Below are positions 22,601 to 33,235 of a stretch of DNA of 64,000 nt, piece after piece (within the stretch, counting starts at the first letter, position 1; every line of letters starts with the position of its first letter). Both the position numbers and the translations under genes were made by a program. The stretch spans positions 1-64,000 of the forward strand of contig QPMI01000557.1 of assembly GCA_004431415.1 (NCBI GenBank). The letters are read 5' to 3'. Origin of the DNA: Cyanophora paradoxa CCMP329. Its lineage: Eukaryota > Plantae > Glaucophyta. Below the pieces are notes generated by a model. It was not told where the DNA came from, ran no database searches, and was given only the letters and a program-made list of their open reading frames with translations.

Positions 22601-24515
22601 GCGCGGCGAGCCCCGTCGCCTCCTTCGTTGGCCGAGATAATGACGTGCATGCTGCCCTCCTCCTCGTCCTCCTCCTCCTCCTCCTCGTCCTCGTCTTCCT
22701 CCTCCTCCTCCTCTTCCTCCTCCTCTTTCTCCTCCTCCAGATTGCGTTGCTTCTGGTTGCGCACCCTGCGGCGCGGCGGGGGCGCCGCGGCCGCCTCTCC
22801 GCCCTTGCAGAACTTGACGTGGATGACGAGGCCCTGCGCGGCCGGCTCGGCGCTGGCTGGCGCAGTGGGAAGGGGAGAAGGGGGGACGTGGGGGCGCGAG
22901 GGCGGGAAGGGGGAAGAGGCGAGGAGGGGTGGGGTGTGGGGGTGAGGGTGGGGGTGGGGGGGGGGGGGGGGGGGGTTGGAGGGGGGGGGGGAGGTGGGGG
23001 TGTCGGACCGATGCGGCGATGAAGGTCTTCTTGCAGCGGGGGCAGGTGAGGGAGCGGGCGCCGCCGGAGGGGGTGGGAGGGGCCCGCGGCGAGAGGGTGA
23101 CGGGGGCGGGTCCGGGCTCGTCGGCCGGCTCGTCGGCGGGGCCCTTGCAGTGGCGCTCGTGGATGACGAGGCCGGAGCGCGTCATCAGCGTCCGCCCGCA
23201 CACCGCGCACGCGAACCCGGGCGCATGCGCCGCCGCCTCCTCCTCCTCCTCCTCCGTCTCGGACTCGGGATCGGCCTTGGCCTCGCCGGTGCGCGCCCCG
23301 CCCCGCGACGGCCCCGAGCTGCGCTCCGCCTTCTGCCGCGCCTCCTGCGCGAGCCGCCGCTTCTCCCCCTGCCGCTCCTTCCTCCCCTCCCGCTTTGCAT
23401 CCTCCTCCGCCGTGAGCGCCGGCGGCTTCGGGCTGGGCTTCTTCCGCGCCGGCGCCTCCTCCTCGGAGCTGCCGTCGGTGCTGCGGGAGGCGCGGGGGGC
23501 CTTGCCGCGCCGCGCCCTCTCGGCGGACGAGCCCGCGGCGCCGCTGTCGGCTTTGGCGCCGCCTGTGCAGCCGCCGCGGTGGCGCCCAAGGCCTGCTATC
23601 TCTGCAAACGCCTTGCCGCACTTCGGGCACGCGATCGGCGGCGGCTGGCGCTCGCTGCTGTCGCCGCTTGCCTCCTCGCCTTGGGACGCTCGCCGGAGGG
23701 TCCCGGAGCAGTAGCTGCGGTGCGCGCGGAGACCCTGGGCGCTTCCGAACAGCTGACCGCATCCCGCGCACTTGAACGCGCCCTCCTCCTCCGACGAGCT
23801 GCCGTCCTTGTCCTCCGCCTTGCTGCCTCTCCCGCCTTGCCCGCCGTCGCTGGCTCGGCCAGCCGCCCTGCCCCGCGCCTGCCCCTCCCGCGCGGGGCAC
23901 CGGTGGGCATCGAGGTCGTCCATACCCGAAAACCCGGCCCCGCACAACGCGCAGGAACACACCTCGCTGCCCGCGCTCCCCTCCGACCGCGCTGGCTCCG
24001 TCCGCGCCCTCTTCTTTGCCGCACTCTTCTCCGCCGCCTCGTTGCTGTCGCTCGCAGCTGTTTCTCCAATTTCGATCGCAGGCTTGACTTCATCTCCCGA
24101 CGGCGGGGCAGCCTCGGGTCCCAGCGCCCCTGCAGCGAAGACCAAACGCTTGTGAGCGCGAACGCGCCTGGGGGCCTGCGGGCGGGGCCGGCGAACACTG
24201 GCTCTTCGGGTCATTCAATGGTGCGTCGCCGTTGTTCTTGAGCGTCTTCCTGACGAGGCCGGCCTCGAAGGCTGCGTCGACCTCGCTGCGCCACGACTTC
24301 GGCTTCTTCCGCGACCCCAGAAGCGAGTCCCAATGTTCCTCGACGTATTTATATACGTCCTGCTTGCGCGTCGTTGCCTTCTTGCTCGCTTTCAGCAACG
24401 CGCGGATCGCCGTCTGCACAGCGCTCGCCCTGCCGCGCGGGCCGCTGCTCAGCTAGCGAGCTGCAGCAGCGAGCCGCGGTAGAGCGTACCAATCGAGCTC
24501 TTCGTGGGGCGCCAT
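19632..24515 (-). CDS. ORC2: Origin recognition complex subunit 2 with long N-terminal extension (winged helix plus nine C2HC zinc fingers)
   Basis: ORC2 core about 19632-21150: DDYFEA..RTSERTL, FNRWLFELKCGFSVALYGLGSK, VVHNIDG, LIASVDH..APL.WD, VLMSLT, LSSELALKAHLAQLRDHDLV. Upstream exons carry CxxC-x12-H-x1-4-C fingers with no visible intergenic gap. The core call is strong; the fusion is less certain. Confidence 0.85.
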
Positions 24516-25570
24516 CTGGTTGATAAGCAACGTCCGACGCGAGCGCGGCAAGTCTCGAAATCGTCTACCCCCGCCGCGCCAGCTCTAGCCGCGAGTCCGA
24601 GGGAGTCTAGCCGCCGTTAATCGGCCTTGGGGAAAGGAGAGGCCCTTAGGTCTGTGCGTATCTTGTGGCAAACTTCAAATTGATTTTATAGACAAAATTT
24701 TTAGACCTAGGTACCCATTTTCGACCCTAGGGAGCACGATGGCGGCGCTACTTTTCAAATGCGACACCTCTAACAAGCACTAACAGCACGTCGAGAAGCG
24801 TCGAAAAGCATTTTCCCGGAAAAAAACTCAAAGCGCAAATCACATTGGCCTTCCAAGTCGAAATTTGAAAATTATTAATTTCAAGAGACCGCATCCCATT
24901 CGCTAGGAATTAGTGTCCAAATTAACGGGGCGCCACGATGTCGGCCTGCAAATTTGTATGAGACAGGGTCGCAGTGTGCCACGATGTGGGATTTAAAAGT
25001 ATTTGATGCGTTGATTGAAAGATATTTGAAATAAACAATTTAGACAGAGCCTTATTACTGCGAATTACATTCAAATGATTCATAGATAATTATTAACCAC
25101 CTCCAAAAAGCGCCGAAAGTCGTTTCCATTCAGCTGAACTTCGGAAACGACCAATGGGCCCCTCGGGGCCTGTGCTCGGTACAACTGCGGCCGATTGGGC
25201 CCCGCATCGATCTCTGTACCCTTGCGGCACAATTCTGTACCCTCTTTACTTGAGTGTGTACCCTTGCCGAGTGGACCCCCCTGTTTCTCCTCCCCCCTCC
25301 CCCGTAACCGCGCGCGGTTGCGGGCCCCCGTTTAAAAACAAAGAGCTCCCACCCTCACGCCTTGAATTCGAAGCCCCAAGACCCAAGGCCACTCCTGCTC
25401 CGCAGGGACTCGCTTGTTAGCAGCCGGAGCCCAGTCGGACCGGCACAATCCGAGCGCTTGCGCATGCTGCTCATTTACTGTTGTTTGCGAGCGTGCTGCG
25501 TCTTCATTTGTACTTGTATCTGAAACTGACCTCACCTGACCTGACCTGCCTGCCTGAGCCTGCACCCTTC

Positions 25571-28500
25571 CTACTGCTTTCCTACGCCGGATCTTGTGTC
25601 TGCCGCTAGCCGAAGCGCGCCTCCCGCGCCGACTTCCCTCCCGCCGTCTCCGTCTTGGATTTCCTGCGGGGCCCGTGAGCGCCCCGCCCGTCGCCCCAGG
25701 GGCGGGAGCGCAGCACGGGCGCACATCCGGGAGGCCTTGTGGCCCGCGCCGGATGGCGGCGCGCTGGCGACGGCGGCGGCGGATGCTGCGGTGTCGCGCG
25801 GGGCGGAGGCGTGGGGCGCGTCGAGGGCGCGCAGCTGGTCCTCGAGCTCGCCGAGGCGTATGCCGACGCGCGTGCGGCGCTTGCGCTCCGCCTCCTCCTC
25901 CTCCTCGTCACGGCGCGGGGCCTGGCGGGCGGGCGGCGTGGGCGGGGCGGGGCAGGGCCCCCGCGGCGGGGCGGGGCGGACGGGCTCGGCGGCCTCGAAG
26001 GTCTTGCGTATGATCTTGTCGAAGCCGATCGCCTGCTTCGCCAGGCTCTTCGGCTTCAGCGGCGGGTGCAGAATCTGCGCCCCTGTCACCACGCCCCCCG
26101 CCGCCCCCGCAGCAAGCGCGCGGCAGCACGTGGTAGGGCGTGAACTGCGTCGGGGTGGGGGGTGAGGGGCCGGGGCGGGTGGGGTGCGGGGCGCGGCCGC
26201 ACGGCGGGGTCGCTGTCGGGCTCGGCGACGCTGACGGTGCTCGCGATGGTCGTCAGCGTCGCCGCGCTCGCCGCCGGCGACTTCAGCGAGGAGGTCTCCC
26301 CCGCGCCCCGCCCCGCCGGCACCTCTGCCCGCCCTCAGCGCGGCGCCGGCGCGGGGCCGGGGCGGAGGCCGGGGGCGCGCCGGGGTGGTCGGTGTCGTTC
26401 CAGACGCGGATGGTGCGGTCCCATGAGCAGGAGAGGTACTGGCGCCGCTCGGGGACGTGCACGATGGCGCGGACGGCGTCGGCGTGCCCGGTGTGGATCT
26501 GGAGCGCCTCGCCGGCCACGGGGTCGTACAGGCGGATGTTGAAGTCCTGACTCGAGGCGGCGAGCACGTAGCCGCGGCGGAGGTCGATCCCCAGCGCGTT
26601 CACTCCGCCCCCGCGCGATTTCATCAGCTGCAGCATCGCCCCGCTCTTCGCGTGCCACGTCCGCACTGTCTCGTCCTCCGAGCCCGTCACCTGCGCCCCG
26701 CCCTCACGCCCGCCCCGCGCCCCCGCCCGCCCCCCGCACCCACACGTGGTGCACGGGGTTCCACTTGATGCACCTGCCGGCGGCTCGCGCGGGGCGGGGA
26801 GGCGGGGGCGGGGCGCGGGGGGCGCACGTGACGTCAGCGGTGTGGCCGGTGAGGACGAGGAGGGCCTGCCCCGAGTCGAAGTCCCAGACCTGCACGCCCC
26901 CGCTCGCCAAGTGGCGGCGCGGCTCGGGGCGGCGCCGGCGCCCGCCTTGGCGAGCTTGTCGGCGGAGGAGGTGCCGATCTCGTCGCCGTCGGGGCTGTAG
27001 TCGACGCCCGTGATGAGGTCCGTGTGCGCCTTGGCGATGACGTGCGCCGCCGTCCCCGTCACCAGGTCCCAGTACCGGATCGACATGTCCCACGAGACCG
27101 AGACCTGGGGCGCGTGAGGGGCGCGCGGCGGCGGCTCGGGGCGCGGCCCCCGGCGCACGACGATGTCCTCGACGACGACGAGGCCCACAATGCGGTCGCT
27201 GTGGCCCTCCGTTGCCTCCCCGGACCCCGCCGCCGCCCCCGCCGGCCCGCGACCCCCCCCGGGGGTGGGCCCGGCGGGGCGCGCCTGGGTGCGGAAGATG
27301 AACTTTGGGGTGTCGGACATGTCCATCTGCAGGCTCCCGCTCGCCGTCGTCCACACGCCTGCGGACGCTGGGGCCGGCGGGGCGGCGCGGGGCCGCGGGG
27401 GCGCGGGGCGCACGGATGGTGCAGTCGTCCGAGGCGGTGACGAGGGTGCCGGAGCGCTTGACGGGGAGGCCCGAGGGGGTCCCCGGCGACCCCAGGTCCT
27501 CGCTGTTGGTCACGAACGTCCCGTCCCGCTCCACTGCCGCCCGCCCCTCCTCCTCCCTGTACTCCCGGAACGCCATGCAGAGGACGGACCCGGCGTGCTG
27601 CGGCCCGTTGGCCCCACCCTGCCCCCCGCCCCGCCGCCCCCGCGCACCTGCGTCTTGATGACCTCCTGGCTGGGGGAGAGTGAGGCGGGGGGCGGAAGGG
27701 GGGCGGGGCGGGGCGGGGGCACCAGGAGTAGAGGTCGGTGGTGACCTGGGAGGAGGCCTCCCAGCGGCGGACGCTCCCGTCGGCGGAGGCGCTGTAGACG
27801 GACGAGCCGTAGGCGACGCACAGCGACTCCACCCACTCCTCGCCGCCCCGCACGATCCGCTTCGCCCCGCACCCGTTGAACTGCGCCGCCCCGTCGCCCC
27901 CCGCCCCGCCTGCGCGCCGCCGGCCGGGGCACCTTCCAGAGGACGAGGTGGCGCCCGGAGGTGGTGCCGACGACTTCCTGCGGGGGGCTCGCGGGGGCGG
28001 GGGCGGGGGCCGGCGGGGCGCGGGGGGCGCCTGGGTGTCGGGGAAGGGGAAGAAGGCGAGGTAGGCGGCGTCGCCGCACTCGGGCGGGGCCAGCGAGGGC
28101 ACGAACTCCGTCACGTTCATCCCCGTCCGCGGGTCGTACACCGCCGGCTCCGGCGAGCTGCCCCGTCTCACGCCCCCGCCCCCGTCCCCGCCCCCGCGCC
28201 CCCGCGCACCTCGCGGCGATGAGCAGCTGGCGGGTGGCCGGCACGTAGCAGACCCCCGTGATCGCCTCGCTGCCGGCCCCTCAGCGCCGGCAGCCGGGTG
28301 GCGCGGCGGGGCGCGAGCGCACCTGAAGCCCTCGAACTTCTGCAGGGCCTTGCCGTCCTGGGACCAGATCTGGGGGCGGGTGAGGGGGGTGCGGGAGGGG
28401 TGGGGGCGGGGGGCGGGGCGGGCCTTGGCGGAGCCGTCGAAGGAGCCGGTGATGAGCCAGTTGTTGACGTTGTCGAAGGCCACGCACGAGATCGCCCCGT

Positions 28501-29629
28501 CGTGCGCCCGCATGATCGTCGTGTACTGCCGCCCCCGTCACCCCCGCCCACTCCGCCCCATCCCCCCCCCCCCATCCCCCCCCTCCCCCCCCTCCCCCCC
28601 CCTCCCCCCCCCCCCCCCCCCCCCCCCCCCGCCGCCCCATTCCGCCCCGCCCTGTTCCGCCCGGCGCCACACCTTCCGTGGGTTCTCGGAGTCGTAGATG
28701 CAGACGGTGCCGTCGTAGCTGGCGAGGGCAGTGTGGGCGAGGCGGGGCGGGCAGCGAGGCGGGCGCACCCGCCCGAGTAGATCTTGCCGTGGTCGCTACA
28801 CACGATGCTCCGGATGAGATCCTGCGGTGCGCCGGCGTGAGGGCCGGGGCGGGGGCGGGGACGGGCGCCGGGCCTTGTGGGACTTGAGGGTGTGGAGGAG
28901 CTTGAGGGGGATCTTCTCCTGGGTCGACTTGACTACCAGGTTCCCCTCCTCCTCAATGCTGTACACCCGCATTTCCTTGTTGAAGCCTGCCGCCCCGCCC
29001 TCAGCCCCGCCCGCCCCGCGCGCCACTCCCCCCCACCTGCTATCAGATAGTTCTTCTTGTGCTCCAGCGCGAGACAGTAGATCGGCTCGTTGATCTGCGC
29101 GCGCAAAGATTCGGGCCGCGCAGAAAGCCGGCGCGGGCGTCCCGCGCACCTTCTCCGTCCATGTCACCTCGCACTTGTTATTCCACACCTTGATCTTCCC
29201 ATCAACGGAGCTCGAGAAGAGCAGCCGGTTCAGCGTGCTTCGCTCAGCTGTCAGCGTCCGGGGAGCCGCAAACATCGAAGGGGATGCGCACCTGTAGATC
29301 AAGCCAGTGACCCAGCCGGAATGCTCATGCAGCGTTCGTAGAAACTCCCCGGTCTCGCTGTGCCAGACCTTGATGCGAGAGTCTGGCGGAGATGGGTGAG
29401 CCGGGTCAAGAATACGGGCGATGCACGCGAGCGCAGCGCCGCAAGCGTTAGCTATGGGGCACTTAAGCGCAGCCAGCGCCTCTCGACACACGCCCGGCGC
29501 TTGCAGAGCCCGGGGCACGCCCTAACCTGCCAGTCCGGTGTAAAGTTCACGCCGGAACGGGTTGATGGCGACAGAGAGGATGTTCGAATCGGCTGCTTCG
29601 TGCAGCACCCTCCTTACTTCTAAGCTCAT
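25571..29629 (-). CDS. WD40-repeat protein (multi-propeller), multi-exon
   Basis: HSGWVTGL, SSSVDGKIKVW, AHDGAISC...TGSFDG, GHSDRIVGL..SVSWDMSIRYWD, GHADAVRAI...SCSWDRTIRVW. 3' end approximate. Confidence 0.88.
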
Positions 29630-29955
29630 CGTTAGCTAACTTACAACAGAGGCCGACGACCTGCGGCCTAGAAGCTACTCGGATTCCAGGGTCCAATTGG
29701 TTTCGTCGGCCTAGCGCAATGAATTGGCAGGCCGCAGGGGGAGCTGCAGCGCCGCGCGGAGCGAAAGCCAGCTGCGGGCCTGCGGCTGAGCTGCCAGCTG
29801 TCGGGGTACGCAAACGTGCGAAGCCAGAACCAGCCACCACTGGAGGCCAGGCACTCACTAGACGCAGACGCGCAAGCCCACGCACAAAACGACGACAGGA
29901 GGACGTGCAGCCCTAAGCGGGCAGCTGCTGCGAAATGGCGTCCCCAAGCGCGACG

Positions 29956-31686
29956 ATGAGCGGGGCCCAATCCGTTCTCATGCAAGAGTACGTGAGCAAG
30001 TTGAACAGCAAGAAGTGAGCCGCCCTTGGCGCGCCTCTGCGCTCTCCTAGCTAGAGCTGCGACTAGCGTGCGCCGAGCTGCGCTCGGCCGCGAGGTCGCC
30101 TGGCCGCCATCTGGAGGAAGGCGTTTTGTATGCTGCACGCTGGGCCGGAGGCAGCTTGCTAGCTGGAGAGGATTGGACGATCTGACACCGCGCTTCGCAG
30201 GAACCTCCCACGATACCTGAACATGGACAACGTATCGCCAGCGACGAGGCTTTTGGAGAAGAGGAGGCAGATGTTTGAAGTGCAGGAGGCGTTGGAGGCG
30301 CAGAAGGAGGAGTTCGCGAGGAGAGAAGAGCTGTTCAAGCGAAGGGAAGAAGCGCTCAAGAAGAAGGACCTTGAGCTGCAGGAATCCCTTATCAAGTTCA
30401 GCAAGTTCCTGCAGGCGAGCCCGCCGCGCGTCGCCGCCGGGAGCGGGGCTGGTGGCGCCTCGTCTCCCCTGGTTTGATTCTGACGACCTGCGCCGTACGC
30501 GCGTGCAGGAGAACGACGCTAAGCGGCAAAGAGCGGAGAAGAAGGTAGGCGAGGCGCGGCGGAGGGGCCGGGGCGCGCGCTGAGGGTGTGAGCAGGCGGC
30601 GGACGAGGTGGCGCTGCGTGTGAAGCGCGAAGGGGAGATCGCGAAGCTGCGAGCGGAGCTCGAGAAGCTGAAGAAGGACAAGCAGACGAGTTACACGATG
30701 CTGGGCAAGGGTGCGCGCGGGTTGATAGCGTGGCGGGGCGGGGGCGGGGGTGGGGAGCGAGGGGTCGGGGCTGGCAGGGATGAACTACCAGAAGTTCCTG
30801 GAGAGCGTGCTGGAGGTGACGGAGGAGTACCCCGAGATCAACGACCTGCTCATGCGCTACGCCACCCTTGAGGCCACGAACCGCGACCTCGTCGATAAGG
30901 CCCGCCGCCCCGCGCGCCGCGCCGCGGGCGGGCGGCTGAGGGGCGCGCAGGCGGCGAAGAGCGCGATGGAGATGGAGAACCACAGGAAGATGCTCTCGGA
31001 CTTCGTCAAGGAGAAGATGAACGAGATCCTGGGGTACAACAACGACATCGCGGCGCTGCAGAAGGAGCTGGAGCGGCGGACGCTGGAGGCGCAGAACCTG
31101 CAGGCCAAGCTCGACCAGGACGTGCAGGAGCACGCCAAGAAGACCACCGAGCTCGGCCAGATCCGCATGTGCGCCGCCCGCTCCGCGCCCCCGCCTCGCG
31201 CCCCGCCTCTCAGGCGGCGGCAGGGCGTGCGAGAACATCTTCCAGCGCGTCTTCTCCCGCAAGGGCCCCAACTCGCGCATGCCGCCCCTCGAGGGCAGCA
31301 CCGAGGAGCGCATCCTCGGCCAGCTCAAGGTCAGCGCTGCCCCACCCCGCCCCGCCCCACTTTCTCCGAACCCCTGGCGCAGCACATCGGAGAGAAGATG
31401 GACGACTACTGGAGCATCGTCAAGGGGGTCCGTCGACGCCGCCGCCCCCGCCCCCCCCCCCCCCCCCCCTCGTCTCCCCGCCGCCGCCCATGACGCGCCC
31501 CTGCAGGCCTCAAAGGAGTCTCACAAGGGCGCTGCCGCAGCGGCCTCCGCCAGCGCAGGCGTGCCGGCCGCAGCCGTAGGGGGAGGCACTGTGGGGGGCG
31601 GGGCGAGCCAGCGCAACGCAGAGCCCGCCACCCGCGCCGGCCCAGGAGCCTACTACGGAGGCAGCAACTCCGTTGTAGCTCGATAG
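29956..31686 (+). CDS. CCDC42: Coiled-coil flagellar protein CCDC42/CFAP73 family (DUF4200)
   Basis: SPATRLLEKRRQMFEVQEALEAQKEEF...LQESLIKFSKFLQENDAKR.RA, YQKFLESV, EINDLLMRYATL. Confidence 0.85.
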
Positions 31687-31756
31687 CTACGGCGACCCGC
31701 AGCGAGATGTCGGACATTCACCACAGTTTCTGACACTGCTCTAGTGTTTCCCCCTA

Positions 31757-31928
31757 AGGGTCCGGCACCCCCCGGGTTCCAGCACGTAGCGTGTAGCTAC
31801 CGTGTGAAGAGCAGCTCCGTAGGGTCCGGCACCCCCCGGGTTCCAGCACGTAGCGTGTAGCTACCGTGTGAAGAGCAGCTCCGTAGTCCCCCCCCCCCCC
31901 CACAGTGCTGCTCTTCACACGGTAGCTA
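31757..31928. repeat. 64-bp tandem duplication followed by a 22-bp inverted repeat (hairpin)
   Basis: 31757-31820 equals 31821-31884. TAGCTACCGTGTGAAGAGCAGC (31858-31879) is the reverse complement of 31907-31928. Confidence 0.9.
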
Positions 31929-32178
31929 AGTCCCAAGTTCTTGATCCCACCCCTCCATCACGTCTTACGCCCCTGTCCGATCTTTCTCGACGCTTTAGTC
32001 CTTGAATAAAGCAGAGAACTGTGTCCTTTGGCGCGAGGATCGACCTCTAGCAGCTGCGATTCGTCTTCGAGAACTGTGGGGCGCCATACTATGATACGTT
32101 GGTAGGGGGCATCTGGGTCCGGAAGCGTGACGGGATGGAGATGGGTGAGCGGAAAGGGAGGGAATAAGAGGCTACAGG

Positions 32179-32707
32179 CTACTTCTTCTTGGGCCTCTTC
32201 TCGTTCTCGTCGGGCGGCACGTAGTTGGGATCGGGCGGAGTCCACGTCGCCGTGTGCCGGTATAGAGGGAAGAGTGTGCTGTCCTGCACCATCGCAGCTT
32301 TTCGGAGATCCGACGGGAGCGCCCGAATCGCTGACTGCTTGCAGCGCAGCATCCTGTTCATCGCGCCCATCTGCCGATTGTGCTCGAGCAGCATCTCCCG
32401 GCTGTACCGCTTCGCCAGCGCCATGTTCGCTGCAAGCTCCTCGGGGCTTCGCTTTGGAAGCGGATCCTGTGGAAACTGATAGAACTTGAGCCAAACCTGC
32501 GGGGCCGCGAGTGTCATGCGAGCTGCGGAGGGCTTCGCGGCCGGGCGCGAGCGAGCGTTTGGGACGACGGCCGCAATGACGCACCTCCGTCTTCCAATCG
32601 CGTTTCGGCCCCTCCTTAGCCGAGCGGCGAACCGCCGTTCCCTCCGCTTCCTTTGCGAGGCGCATCGGCATGGCGCCGCGCGCGAGGCCGGCGCTTCGCC
32701 GCAGCAT
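32179..32707 (-). CDS. MRPL40: Mitochondrial ribosomal protein mL40-like, 2 exons
   Basis: Basic presequence-like N-terminus MLRRSAGLARG. Also AKRYSREML.EH...KQSAIRALP..LRKAA...D.TLFP...ATWTPP. Confidence 0.75.
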
Positions 32708-33235
32708 CGCTTTCCTTAGCTTGCCTGCAAGACGGCTCCGCCGCTGTGCCGCTCTGGAGCGATTTCTGTTAATGCCGTGAACGAAGTGTGCTCTACCCTG
32801 CGCCTTCGTTCGCTGCGGTTTAGGTTCGCCGCGCCTCCGGTTCGTATTCCGCCAGGGGGATCGCGCCCCCCTTCCAAGTTCAGATGGCCCTAGGCCTGCT
32901 GCGCATGCGCATTCCCGGCCGCAGTGCCTTGCCCAGCCGTAGGTCACCGTTGTCGACGCAGTGCGTTGTCGACGTCCGCAGTTCAACGGTTAGTATGCCC
33001 GTGTTTTTAATGTGCAATATTGATGCCCATGCTCAGCTCGCCTCGCTAGCTCCATTGAACCATGCTCAGCGGCTGTAGTCTCCGGATCCCCACTGCCAGC
33101 TACATTGACCATGATCGTCCAACGGTCAAGAGGGCCTCCGCGGCCGAGCCCTGGGGATTCGCAGAACTGCGGGCGGTGCAGTGCGCATGCGCAGAGCCTA
33201 AGAGGCGGCAGCTAGGTCAGGCGCGCGAGCTGCGG

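Noticed and set aside
24707-24740. Short similarity to 52734-52769 (CTAG..TACCCATTTT...CTAG..GAGCACGA) as a transposon end
   Set aside because: No matching inverted partner or TSD found in the window.
31929-31939. AAGTCCCAAGT matching the viral heptamer
   Set aside because: Only about 1.5 units with none of the conserved flank; compatible with chance.
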